A stretch of DNA of 64,000 bases from Escherichia coli (GCF_003334305.1 NZ_QOWS01000021.1), one strand, 5' to 3'; positions 37,428 to 46,420 are shown, counted from the first letter of the stretch. Notes: generated by a model not told the origin, from the sequence alone. Translations and numbers: made by a program.

Positions 37428-37721
37428 ATGAAAAAAATGTTGTTTTCTGCCGCTCTGGCAATGCTTATTACAGGATGTGCTCAACAGACGTTTACTGTTG
37501 GAAACAAACCGACAGCAGTAACACCAAAGGAAACCATCACCCATCATTTCTTCGTTTCGGGAATTGGACAGGAGAAAACTGTTGATGCAGCCAAAATTTG
37601 TGGCGGCGCAGAAAATGTTGTTAAAACAGAAACCCAGCAAACATTCGTAAATGGATTTCTCGGTTTTATTACTTTAGGCATTTATACTCCGCTGGAAGCG
37701 CGTGTGTATTGCTCACAATAA
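37428..37721 (+). CDS. bor: Bor lipoprotein (serum-resistance-associated), 97 aa
   Basis: MKKMLFSAALAMLITGCAQQ lipobox; matches lambda Bor; opposite orientation to the lysis genes. Confidence 0.85.
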   Translation: MKKMLFSAALAMLITGCAQQTFTVGNKPTAVTPKETITHHFFVSGIGQEKTVDAAKICGGAENVVKTETQQTFVNGFLGFITLGIYTPLEARVYCSQ

Positions 37722-37752
37722 TTGCATGAGTTGCCCATCGATATGGGCAGCT

Positions 37753-38214
37753 CTATCTGCACTGCTCATTAATATACTTCTGGGTTCCTTCCAGTTGTTT
37801 TTGCATAGTGATCAGCCTCTCTCTGAGGGTGAAATAATCCCGTTCAGCGGTGTCTGCCAGTCGGGGGGAGGCTGCATTATCCACGCCGGAGGCGGTGGTG
37901 GCTTCACGCACTGACTGACAGACTGCTTTGATGTGCAACCGACGACGACCAGCGGCAACATCATCACGCAGAGCATCATTTTCAGCTTTCGCATCAGCTA
38001 ACTCCTTCGTGTATTTTGCATCGAGCGCAGCAACATCACGCTGACGCATCTGCATGCCAGTAATTGCCGCGTTCGCCAGCTTCAGTTCTCTGGCATTTTT
38101 GTCGCGCTGGGCTTTGTAGGTAATGGCGTTATCACGGTAATGATTAACAGCCAATGACAGGCAGACGATGATGCAGATAACCAGAGCGGAGATAATCGCG
38201 GTTACTCTGCTCAT
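37753..38214 (-). CDS. Rz: Spanin inner-membrane subunit Rz, 153 aa
   Basis: Matches lambda/DLP12 Rz; follows the endolysin gene. Confidence 0.85.
   Translation of the reverse strand: MSRVTAIISALVICIIVCLSLAVNHYRDNAITYKAQRDKNARELKLANAAITGMQMRQRDVAALDAKYTKELADAKAENDALRDDVAAGRRRLHIKAVCQSVREATTASGVDNAASPRLADTAERDYFTLRERLITMQKQLEGTQKYINEQCR
37812..37994 (-). CDS. Rz1: Spanin outer-membrane lipoprotein Rz1, embedded in Rz in the +1 frame
   Basis: 60-aa ORF with a lipobox (VVGC) and proline-rich sequence, fully nested within Rz. Confidence 0.75.
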   Translation of the reverse strand: MRKLKMMLCVMMLPLVVVGCTSKQSVSQCVKPPPPPAWIMQPPPDWQTPLNGIISPSERG

Positions 38215-38708
38215 TGTTTCCCCCACAAACAGACTTCACGCTCAATCTCACGGCGAGTCATCAGTCCTTTCCATTGATTACCGCCAGCGTATGTCCAGCG
38301 CTGTAGCTGATCACATGCGCCTTTAATATCACCCTGGTTTATTTTGCGAAGAAGCGTCGATGTTCTGAAATTGCCAGCACCCACGTTGTAGACGAACGAG
38401 TAAAGAGCGCCGCGCGTTGTTTCCGGTATATCGACTTTGATGTACCGGTTAATTTGTCTGGCGACAGTTGCAAGGTCTTTATTCAGGAGGGCTTTGCACT
38501 CTGCTTCGGTATACGTTTTACCGGGAATGATGTCTTTTCCTGTATGCCCGTAACATACAGTCCATACACCAACTATGTCTTTGTAAGGATTATGTCTCAC
38601 ACCTTCCAGACCATCGTTACCACTTGGGCCAGTGATTAACACAGATGCTATAGCAATAGCCCCGCCACCAATAGCAGCAGCAACAGCTTTTCGTAATGAT
38701 GGAGGCAT
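38211..38708 (-). CDS. rrrD: SAR endolysin (phage-21-type lysozyme, RrrD-like), 165 aa
   Basis: N-terminal signal-anchor-release segment ([16 protein letters not shown]) plus T4-lysozyme-like domain; matches DLP12 RrrD as recalled. Confidence 0.85.
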   Translation of the reverse strand: MPPSLRKAVAAAIGGGAIAIASVLITGPSGNDGLEGVRHNPYKDIVGVWTVCYGHTGKDIIPGKTYTEAECKALLNKDLATVARQINRYIKVDIPETTRGALYSFVYNVGAGNFRTSTLLRKINQGDIKGACDQLQRWTYAGGNQWKGLMTRREIEREVCLWGKQ

Positions 38709-38923
38709 TATTCACCTCTCGCAGCCTTGCGCTTATCTTCTTTAATCTTGAAATAAAGGTTTGTCAGGTACGTCAGCAGGCCAAATACCAGGCTACCCAG
38801 CACACCTATTGCTGCCCACTGTGAGGGCGTGACTTTATCGAGCAGCTGTAAAAACCAGTACCCGGCACTACCTGCTGAGGTGCCATAGGCGACACCCGTT
38901 GTTAACTTATCCATGGATTTCAT
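38708..38923 (-). CDS. essD: Pinholin S (phage-21-type, EssD-like), 71 aa
   Basis: Two TM segments and a charged C-terminus; immediately upstream of the SAR endolysin. Confidence 0.85.
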
Positions 38924-39032
38924 AACCCCACCTCGCAGACAAAGCGGGTGTAAATTGAGGGAATACTACGAAACGTAACAGACTCGGAGTCAGTGAATAA
39001 CTCAGGTATTGGGTTATCAGCTAATATCGAGA

Positions 39033-39068
39033 CTCAAAAAATGGAAAAACCCGCTCGACGGCGGGTTT
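39033..39068 (-). terminator. Intrinsic terminator hairpin upstream of S
   Basis: On the minus strand: aaacccgccgtcgagcgggttt followed by a T-tract; coordinates approximate. Confidence 0.5.
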
Positions 39069-39496
39069 AAGCTGTGTGACGAAGTAACCACTCTTAACAG
39101 CATAACCAATTTTTTACGTACGTAAACCACTAAATGATATTTGCGAGAATGCTACCGAGTATTGAAAACACCACTACAAATACATAAGCAAATCTCAACA
39201 AATAACCAACAAATAATTTCCAGCGTTATTTTTAGCCAATTTAAATTGAACCTTCAAATTATAGAGCACTTATAAATAACAGCCATTAATATAAATTGGC
39301 TAATAGATTTATTTTTATTCAGCCAAGAGCCATGAATAGGATTCGATAGAAAAAAGTTCAGATAAAAATAGAGATCTACTTCACAAATTAAACGAGAAAC
39401 CAAAACTTACATCTTGAAATAATCACATTGATTAGATGAATATTTATCGCGCAGTGACATCATTTTTTAATAATAGTTCAAAAAAAAGGGCTCACG

Positions 39497-40579
39497 ATGA
39501 AAAAATTAACAGTGGCAATTTCTGCTGTAGCTGCATCAGTACTGATGGCGATGTCTGCTCAGGCAGCTGAAATTTATAATAAAGACAGTAACAAGCTGGA
39601 TCTGTACGGGAAAGTTAATGCTAAGCACTACTTCTCCTCTAATGATGCAGATGATGGTGATACTACTTATGCCCGTCTTGGCTTCAAAGGTGAAACCCAA
39701 ATCAACGATCAACTGACTGGTTTCGGTCAGTGGGAATATGAATTCAAAGGCAACCGCGCTGAATCTCAAGGTTCCTCCAAAGATAAAACCCGTCTTGCCT
39801 TCGCTGGCCTGAAATTCGGTGACTACGGCTCCATCGATTATGGCCGTAACTACGGTGTAGCATACGATATTGGTGCATGGACCGACGTTCTGCCAGAATT
39901 CGGTGGCGATACCTGGACCCAAACAGATGTATTCATGACTGGTCGCACCACAGGTGTTGCAACTTATCGTAACAACGACTTCTTTGGTCTGGTTGATGGC
40001 CTGAACTTTGCAGCTCAGTATCAGGGCAAAAATGACCGAAATGAAGTAACTGAAGCTAATGGCGATGGTTTCGGTTTCTCAACTACTTATGAGTATGAAG
40101 GATTCGGCGTGGGTGCAACCTATGCTAAATCTGATCGCACTAATAATCAGGTTATCTACGGTAACAACGGTCTGAATGCTTCTGGTCAAAATGCTGAAGT
40201 ATGGGCAGCTGGTCTGAAATATGATGCGAACAACATCTATCTGGCCACCACCTATTCTGAAACCCAGAACATGACTGTTTTTGGTAATAACCATATTGCC
40301 AACAAAGCACAAAACTTCGAAGCTGTTGCACAATATCAGTTCGACTTCGGCCTGCGTCCATCCGTTGCTTACCTGCATTCTAAAGGAAAAGACTTGGGTG
40401 TTTGGGGTGATCAGGACCTGGTTGAATATGTTGATGTAGGTGCAACCTATTACTTCAACAAAAATATGTCCACTTTTGTTGACTACAAAATCAACCTGAT
40501 TGATAAGAGCGATTTCACGAAAGCATCTGGCGTTGCTACCGATGATATCGTTGCTGTAGGTATGGTTTACCAGTTCTAA
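39497..40579 (+). CDS. nmpC: Prophage-encoded general porin (NmpC/Lc, OmpC/OmpF family), 360 aa, apparently intact
   Basis: Signal peptide, porin beta-barrel sequence ending …VGMVYQF; located between Q and the lysis genes as in DLP12. Confidence 0.9.
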   Translation: MKKLTVAISAVAASVLMAMSAQAAEIYNKDSNKLDLYGKVNAKHYFSSNDADDGDTTYARLGFKGETQINDQLTGFGQWEYEFKGNRAESQGSSKDKTRLAFAGLKFGDYGSIDYGRNYGVAYDIGAWTDVLPEFGGDTWTQTDVFMTGRTTGVATYRNNDFFGLVDGLNFAAQYQGKNDRNEVTEANGDGFGFSTTYEYEGFGVGATYAKSDRTNNQVIYGNNGLNASGQNAEVWAAGLKYDANNIYLATTYSETQNMTVFGNNHIANKAQNFEAVAQYQFDFGLRPSVAYLHSKGKDLGVWGDQDLVEYVDVGATYYFNKNMSTFVDYKINLIDKSDFTKASGVATDDIVAVGMVYQF

Positions 40580-40594
40580 TTTGATTACTAAAAG

Positions 40595-40650
40595 ATATGT
40601 TGTGGGAGGCTTTGCCTCCCCAACATATAAGTGGCTCCCTCAAGCCACTT
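40595..40650. terminator. Two adjacent hairpins downstream of the porin gene (candidate bidirectional terminator / tR')
   Basis: 15-bp inverted repeat atatgttgtgggagg…cctccccaacatat followed by a second hairpin aagtggct…agccactt; coordinates approximate. Confidence 0.45.
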
Positions 40651-40715
40651 CCTTTAGAAGCACAACCTTGCTTCTAACTATACAAACCTTCTGTTATATA
40701 TTACCCTTTATTTTT

Positions 40716-40742
40716 GGGGGCGTTTCAACGCCCCATTTTTAA
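40716..40742 (+). terminator. Rho-independent terminator (plus strand)
   Basis: ggggcgtttcaacgcccc followed by TTTTT; coordinates approximate. Confidence 0.55.
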
Positions 40743-40767
40743 TAACTTTTAGTAAATAATTGGCGTA

Positions 40768-41151
40768 TTAATTAGAGTTATTAACAACGATATCCATCTC
40801 TAACCGGATATCTAATGCCATTAACATCCCTTCAATTATGCCCTCAGCCTTTTGTAACCTTTTCCCGATATAACCATCAGAGCAGCAATGCTTACCTGCC
40901 AGTGACATGAATGTCATACCGACTACATAATAATCTACTAATAAATCGTGCAAATCGCTGTTGTTCTTTTTCAGACGGGCCATGCACCCGCAAATGATCA
41001 TCGCGTCATCGTCACAACATTGCGGGCGAGATTTTACTTTTGAAGGAATTAATCCCTTAAAACCGGCGGCAATGGACGACCAGGTCACATCTTCATGATT
41101 ATTAGCCGCCCACGCTCCCCAACGCTCAAGAACCATCTGAATATCACGCAT
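40768..41151 (-). CDS. quuD: Late-gene antiterminator Q (QuuD-like), 127 aa
   Basis: Matches DLP12 QuuD as recalled ([21 protein letters not shown]…). Confidence 0.85.
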   Translation of the reverse strand: MRDIQMVLERWGAWAANNHEDVTWSSIAAGFKGLIPSKVKSRPQCCDDDAMIICGCMARLKKNNSDLHDLLVDYYVVGMTFMSLAGKHCCSDGYIGKRLQKAEGIIEGMLMALDIRLEMDIVVNNSN

Positions 41152-41236
41152 CAACTTACTCCACAAAAATCAGACCAGAACGCCAATTACAAGCAAAAAT
41201 CAACAAAACAGTATTAGTTGATTGTTATCTCTGACT

Positions 41237-41377
41237 TCATACTCCTGCTCCTGTCAGTGTTTTGGCGTAATTCTTCAGTATTCGGTAATCGGTCAAAACA
41301 GAACCGGGGAAACGATATAAGCGCAGGCGCACCCAGCGGCGGCGAAGACGCTCTGCCATATAAGACTCAAACATCAT
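41237..41377 (-). CDS. ylcG: Small protein YlcG-like, 46 aa
   Basis: Manually translated ([46 protein letters not shown]); ATGA overlap with the rusA stop; coordinates approximate. Confidence 0.55.
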   Translation of the reverse strand: MMFESYMAERLRRRWVRLRLYRFPGSVLTDYRILKNYAKTLTGAGV

Positions 41378-41736
41378 TCATCTCCCAGTTCGGTGATGGT
41401 CAGTTCCAGCCTCCCACCTTTGGTAACAGGCATCTTCACAACGCGGTAATCAACGACCTGAGCATCATCCAGCCAGAAACCTGCTTTGGTGAGTGCGTCA
41501 AAAGCGGCTTTTTGCAGATTATCCAGGTCACGGCGACGGCGATCCGGCATGTGGCACTCAATACGGATTTTCACTGGCATAGCCAGGCCGATATCCAGCA
41601 TTGCGTTTTTAATGATTCGGGTGACGTTATCGCGGTATGCCTGCCCTTCTGCGCTGATGTGTGTGCGCCCGCGATTATGGCGGTAATAGCGGTTATTGCT
41701 CGGAGGCCAGGGTAATGTGATGCTGTAGGTATTCAC
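41374..41736 (-). CDS. rusA: Holliday junction resolvase RusA, 120 aa
   Basis: Matches RusA as recalled. Confidence 0.9.
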   Translation of the reverse strand: MNTYSITLPWPPSNNRYYRHNRGRTHISAEGQAYRDNVTRIIKNAMLDIGLAMPVKIRIECHMPDRRRRDLDNLQKAAFDALTKAGFWLDDAQVVDYRVVKMPVTKGGRLELTITELGDE

Positions 41737-42023
41737 GCCTTAATAACCCCCTCTTTCAGCCAGATAACCTGCGTTCTCGCCATACCTTCCAGCGCGCATT
41801 CTTTTGCATACTCAGCATCGACAAAATATGTGCGGCGGTCGATTTCGTCGTGACAGGCAGAACATGCAATGGTGGCAATCAGGTCTGGCGGTTTGATACC
41901 GGTACCGCACAATCCAGCCAGCCGGATATGTGCCAGTACTGACGTTTCAGGATTGCCATTACATACGCCAGGGATTCTTACCTGGCATTCCCGACCACGC
42001 GCTGCTTTTCTCAAATCAGCCAT
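41733..42023 (-). CDS. ybcO: YbcO-like putative nuclease, 96 aa
   Basis: Internal Met gives [16 protein letters not shown]… with Cys-rich motifs; DLP12 gene order. Confidence 0.75.
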   Translation of the reverse strand: MADLRKAARGRECQVRIPGVCNGNPETSVLAHIRLAGLCGTGIKPPDLIATIACSACHDEIDRRTYFVDAEYAKECALEGMARTQVIWLKEGVIKA

Positions 42024-42186
42024 GATTCCTCCTTGCTGCCAGTCGCAACCATTTTTTATCAACCAGGCTAGCGGTATATCCGAGCAGTGTTGGTATTTCG
42101 GATGGCTTCAGCTCAGGCTTACGCTTACGACGATTTGATACTCTGTAGATGTGCCCGTTCATGACACGAATAAGCGGTGTAGCCAT
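42016..42186 (-). CDS. ninE: NinE-like protein, 56 aa
   Basis: Manually translated ([56 protein letters not shown]); start overlaps the ybcN stop; coordinates approximate. Confidence 0.55.
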   Translation of the reverse strand: MATPLIRVMNGHIYRVSNRRKRKPELKPSEIPTLLGYTASLVDKKWLRLAARRNHG

Positions 42187-42641
42187 TACGCCTCCTGCTT
42201 ATCGCGCAGCTGCTGGTATTCACAGCTCTGCGGAATTGTCAGGTGGCAGCCGATATTCATCGCCCAGGCTTCGACTTTGCACAGGAAGATGTACATCTCG
42301 CCGGTTTCCAGCTCTGACGTATGGCGGAGGGATTGGACGGTGGTGACCTCGCCGGACACGACATCTACACGGTCTTTGCTTTCGTAGCCGAGATAGGTGT
42401 GCTTCATCGCGTCTTTGACCCACTCAGGCGTAGCGAAGGTCTTGCCGCGGGCGATGAGATATTCGCTGATCTCCGTGTACCACATGTGGCTGAGCGCGTT
42501 CTGCGACAGGCTGCGCTTCTCGCGCCACGGCTTAACCTGCAGGCGTAAGCATTGCCCGGCATCCAGCAATGGCTGAATCTGCTGGCCGATGGCCGCGAAG
42601 TTACCGCGATGGAGTTTGATGCCGTCTACTGGCAGAGTCAT
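42186..42641 (-). CDS. ybcN: YbcN-like nin-region protein, 151 aa
   Basis: Same size and position as DLP12 ybcN; function not assigned from sequence. Confidence 0.6.
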   Translation of the reverse strand: MTLPVDGIKLHRGNFAAIGQQIQPLLDAGQCLRLQVKPWREKRSLSQNALSHMWYTEISEYLIARGKTFATPEWVKDAMKHTYLGYESKDRVDVVSGEVTTVQSLRHTSELETGEMYIFLCKVEAWAMNIGCHLTIPQSCEYQQLRDKQEA

Positions 42642-42905
42642 ACGGCCTCCCTAACGGAAACCGCAGAATGCAGAAAATCGCAGGTGCATTTCTGCATCTG
42701 TGACAAGGTGATGAGTTCAGATTGTGGTCGCATTTAAGTCCCCTTAAATGCGCAGAAGTCACCGGAGTTGTTCAGGCTCCGATGAGAGGATTATGGCGGA
42801 TTGATTACGATAAATCAAAACTATCTTGAAGCCAAAACAGTGATCTTCGCTTTAAAAACCTTGTATACTTTCACCTAATCACAGCCAGAACTATGGATCT
42901 AACCA

Positions 42906-43283
42906 ATGACCAACAAAGAAAACAAAGATAAATATATTAACAAGTTCAAGAAAGAGCTTTCAAAATATATACAACCAACTGCTGGAGTGGACATTCAATT
43001 ATTTAACTCTAAGGATGGTGGTGGTGTAATTAAAGCCACTTTGAATAGAAGTGGAAAAAGAAAATCATCTATTGCAGGTAATTTTACTAAATTAGGTGAG
43101 GCAATTACCTCGAGTGGGCAGAGGGTTTTTGGTGGTGATCTATCAAATGTAAATTTTTACGGAACAAATACGATTTTTGATGGAGATACAATATTTTTAA
43201 TTAAATCACCTGATTCAGAGGAGTGGTCATCACAAAAAGCTTCCAAAGACGTAGAGGGCATCGTATTTGGAGGGAAAAAATGA
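42906..43283 (+). CDS. Hypothetical small soluble protein, 125 aa (first gene of an AT-rich reverse-oriented cargo pair)
   Basis: ORF on the strand opposite to the flanking early genes; Lys/Gly-rich; no recognisable motif. Confidence 0.5.
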   Translation: MTNKENKDKYINKFKKELSKYIQPTAGVDIQLFNSKDGGGVIKATLNRSGKRKSSIAGNFTKLGEAITSSGQRVFGGDLSNVNFYGTNTIFDGDTIFLIKSPDSEEWSSQKASKDVEGIVFGGKK

Positions 43284-43708
43284 TTAACATTACTACTAAG
43301 GATGGCACTCAAGTCAGTGGTGAAGTAAGAGATCTAGTAATTCTTCTTGAAACTGATGGAAAAACGGTGTCTGATTATTTGCAGCCAATCCCTCCCAAAA
43401 AAGATACACACTGGAGCATGATTTTCATTCCGGTAGCAATTTATATACTACTTAATCTTGTATACATTATTGCTCACCCATTATTTCCTGAAAAATATCT
43501 AAAAACATCAACATCTATATTTCTATTCATTTCCTTCATATTAAGTGCAATAGTAGCATATTTTGTTTTCCATAAGCATAAATCTGCCACTCTATCCATA
43601 TGCAGCTTAGTGTTCTTAGTGTTAATTGTAGGTGCTAACGTAGGGTTTATCAGTTACAGCGACCTAACACAAAAAGCGACGCAAAAATTAGATAGTTTGT
43701 CTAAATAA
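43280..43708 (+). CDS. Hypothetical membrane protein with about 3 TM helices, 142 aa
   Basis: ATG preceded by GGAGGG; ATGA overlap with the upstream gene; three hydrophobic stretches of about 20 aa. Confidence 0.5.
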   Translation: MINITTKDGTQVSGEVRDLVILLETDGKTVSDYLQPIPPKKDTHWSMIFIPVAIYILLNLVYIIAHPLFPEKYLKTSTSIFLFISFILSAIVAYFVFHKHKSATLSICSLVFLVLIVGANVGFISYSDLTQKATQKLDSLSK

Positions 43709-43786
43709 TTATGTTGCCATGCGAAGTATGCATGGCTGCATGTCTGCCTTCCATTTAAAATGGGCTAAGACCTATAACCCTAAATA

Positions 43787-44500
43787 TTATTCTTTATTAT
43801 CTTCTTTACCACTTCGCACCATCCCGTTCGACTTGTTGCGGTTGTACTTCGCCTGAAGCAGCTGGATTGGCGTCGGGCCATGCTCGGCAGCCGGTGCTGC
43901 AATCGCCCGGCGCACAGGCGGTACTGGTTTGCCCTCGGTGACGCGCCTCTCCCACATGTCCAGCAGATCGCCGGCTTCACGCGCCAGCTCACCATGCGTT
44001 AACTGGCGCTCTGTGCTGCGGTGGCGCAGTTCGACGCAGATGTGGTACATGACAGGCTGTGACCACGGGAAATGCTCGCTGGAAGTGAATTCGAAGGAAC
44101 GATTACGCCAATCCCAGTATTCGGTTATGACTTGGTCAACAGTGATACCTAACGCCCCGCCACTCTGCTTACACCACGCTACGAACTGGCCGGGCGACGG
44201 CAGGAATGGTCGCTCCTGTCGGCGGGCCACGCGCATTCCGGCGTTAACCTGTTCCATTGTGGTGATCCCGTTTTCCCGGAAAGCCAGAACCCACTGGCGG
44301 CGAATTTCGTTCAGTTCGTTCTGGTCACGGTTAGCCAGGCTCGCAGGGAAAGTTGCCAGCAACTGGCTGAATACACCGTTGATGATCTGCGCTACCTGCT
44401 GTACCTGCGGCTTTTCGTCGTACTGTTCCGGCATGTTGTTGGCGATCCGGCGCATCTGCTCACGGTCAAAGTTAACCATCTGTGCGGCGATGTTTTTCAT
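43787..44500 (-). CDS. P: Replication protein P (helicase loader), 237 aa
   Basis: N-terminal two-thirds match lambda P as recalled; the C-terminus diverges. Confidence 0.85.
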   Translation of the reverse strand: MKNIAAQMVNFDREQMRRIANNMPEQYDEKPQVQQVAQIINGVFSQLLATFPASLANRDQNELNEIRRQWVLAFRENGITTMEQVNAGMRVARRQERPFLPSPGQFVAWCKQSGGALGITVDQVITEYWDWRNRSFEFTSSEHFPWSQPVMYHICVELRHRSTERQLTHGELAREAGDLLDMWERRVTEGKPVPPVRRAIAAPAAEHGPTPIQLLQAKYNRNKSNGMVRSGKEDNKE

Positions 44501-45426
44501 AAATCCACCCCGTAAATCCAGTCAGTGTTCGTCAGGTCGAGTTTTGGTTTGCCGGCTGTCACGCCAGCCTGTTGCTTGTTTCGGTTGATTTCGAGCTGGG
44601 TCCACTTGTCGCGGAGTTTGGCCGGACTCAGCACGTTACCGGACCAGAAGTTGTCCTGGCAGGCCCAGCGAAACAGTACACACATGTCGCGGTGGTTACG
44701 TCCATCACGTTCACGCATCAGACGGATATCGTTAGCCCACCCTGCAAAATTCGGTTTTCTGGCTGATGGTGCGATAGTCTTCACCATGTCAAACATCCAC
44801 TCTGCGGCGGTCAGGTCTTCTGCTGTCCCCCACTTGCTGCCGTTCTGAATCGCAGCATCCGCTTTCACCACAGGAAGGTCGTTTTCTGGCAGGTCAGAGG
44901 ATTCGCCAGAATTCTCTGACGAATAAGGTTTTATATTGTCTTTTGTTAGTTTGTCTTTTGTGTTTACCGGATTCGGGTAAGTGCCTTTACCTGATTTGGG
45001 TAAACTTTTCTTACCTGATTCAGGTAAATTTACCTCTTTCAGGTAAACTTTATTTTTCTTACCTGATTCGGGTAATGTTGACCATTCACTGACCACATTA
45101 TTAATGCCTATATTCCGCCCGCTCTGAATAAAAATCCCACGCTTTACCAGAACACTTTTTGCAGCAGAACACTTGTGCGGCAATATCCCGGTCAACTCGG
45201 AAAGTTGCTCGTTGCTCACCCAATCCAGTTTTTTATTAAAGCCATATGTTTTGCGCATGACAGCCAGGAAGACCAGAAGCTGGTGCTGTGTTAATCCGGC
45301 CAGCATTACAGCTTCCAGCAACTCATTTGCAATGCGCGTATAACCATCATCGAGATCTGCCACGCGCGGCTCCTTTTGTGCCGCATCCGGCACAGGAAAA
45401 TTGAATATCTCAGCAGTGTTTGCCAT
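44497..45426 (-). CDS. O: Replication initiator O (contains ori iterons)
   Basis: ORF 44497-45516; ATG at 45426 has a GGGAGG SD and an N-terminus (MANTAEIFNF) like lambda O (MTNTAKILNF). Confidence 0.8.
   Translation of the reverse strand: MANTAEIFNFPVPDAAQKEPRVADLDDGYTRIANELLEAVMLAGLTQHQLLVFLAVMRKTYGFNKKLDWVSNEQLSELTGILPHKCSAAKSVLVKRGIFIQSGRNIGINNVVSEWSTLPESGKKNKVYLKEVNLPESGKKSLPKSGKGTYPNPVNTKDKLTKDNIKPYSSENSGESSDLPENDLPVVKADAAIQNGSKWGTAEDLTAAEWMFDMVKTIAPSARKPNFAGWANDIRLMRERDGRNHRDMCVLFRWACQDNFWSGNVLSPAKLRDKWTQLEINRNKQQAGVTAGKPKLDLTNTDWIYGVDL
44963..45075. repeat. ori: five ~17-bp iterons (ttacctgattcgggtaa-like) with a flanking AT-rich stretch, inside the O gene
   Basis: Direct repeats ttaccggattcgggtaa, ttacctgatttgggtaa, ttacctgattcaggtaa, ttacctctttcaggtaa, ttacctgattcgggtaa; coordinates approximate. 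Confidence 0.75.
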
Positions 45427-45512
45427 AATTCCTCCCGCAATGAGTGTGTTACGATTTGCACCTGAAAGTCGGTTCTGTTCCCGCAGACCGACTTTCGCCA
45501 TTTTTAAACCTG

Positions 45513-46058
45513 TCATATTGCCCCCAACATGGTGGTAACCATCGCCATCAATGGACCAGCCAGATCCGGGTCCACACGAAACATCGACACAATACCTTCA
45601 CTCATCTCCTTCAGTTTCTGGTGGCGTGGTGCGTTGAGAATGACAGCCTGTTTTGCCTCACTGAGTTCCTTTTCCATTTCAGCCAACCGAGTCATGAAGC
45701 TATCCTGCTCAACCAGGTAACCGCGATATTCCAGCGGTAGTACCGCCAGAATTGCCGGGGTCAGTTCACGCACGTTATTTCGGTATTTTTCAGAATCGAA
45801 TTTGTTATCGAGGAAGCGGAACAGCTTCTGGCGTGCACGGCTGACATCATCAGGGAAATCGATGGTGCCGCCGCCCTGTGCTCGATACTCATTCACAATG
45901 AGTGCGGCAACAACATCCTGATTATCTGCAGCCGACCAGGCGCGGACGGCATCACGGATTTTTTCGTGGCCTGGCACCTGTTTTGTTTGAGAACGATTTA
46001 TCACCGCAGTCGGGCTAAATCCGCTAGTCTGTTGGTATGTAAGTGGTTGCATAGTCAT
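45513..46058 (-). CDS. YdaT-family protein in the cII position, 181 aa
   Basis: Similarity to Rac YdaT as recalled (EYRAQGGG…LTPAILAVLP vs EYLRQGGG…LIPAILAILP). Confidence 0.6.
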   Translation of the reverse strand: MTMQPLTYQQTSGFSPTAVINRSQTKQVPGHEKIRDAVRAWSAADNQDVVAALIVNEYRAQGGGTIDFPDDVSRARQKLFRFLDNKFDSEKYRNNVRELTPAILAVLPLEYRGYLVEQDSFMTRLAEMEKELSEAKQAVILNAPRHQKLKEMSEGIVSMFRVDPDLAGPLMAMVTTMLGAI

Positions 46059-46082
46059 TGCCTTATCAGTTAACGCCGCAGT

Positions 46083-46316
46083 TTAGGCGGCAGAATTACT
46101 CGCGTTAAACAATGGTGCGAGGTCGGGACGAATATCTGCTGGTTTAATCTTTCCACCAGTGGCTGAGACAATTTTCATTACATAGCGGGCATCAATTCCG
46201 CCACCGTGTAGCCAACGCCAAACTGTGGGTTGGGCTACACCGCATAGATCTGCCAGTCGTTTTTGACTACCTGTAATACTGATTGCGAGTTGAATGGTTT
46301 GATTTGTCATTATCAA
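46083..46316 (-). CDS. Cro/YdaS-like HTH regulator, 77 aa
   Basis: HTH (LADLCGVAQPTVWRW); divergent from the cI-like gene across an operator region. Confidence 0.7.
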   Translation of the reverse strand: MIMTNQTIQLAISITGSQKRLADLCGVAQPTVWRWLHGGGIDARYVMKIVSATGGKIKPADIRPDLAPLFNASNSAA

Positions 46317-46324
46317 TTCCTATT

Positions 46325-46380
46325 GGTATTGCAATGAATGAATAATAGCAATGAGTATTAACCCAAGCAATAGCAAAACG
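46325..46380. promoter_or_regulatory. OR-like operator/promoter region between the cro-like and cI-like genes
   Basis: Repeated atagcaat(g/a)agtatt-type motifs shared with the OL region; TATAAA about 9 nt upstream of the cI ATG suggests a leaderless PRM transcript; coordinates approximate. Confidence 0.5.
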
Positions 46381-46420
46381 TGTTTTGACCATCAATACGC
46401 AAGCGTATAAATTAAAACTT

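Noticed and set aside
37702-37914. 70-aa plus-strand ORF
   Set aside because: Antisense overlap with Rz/Rz1; no support.
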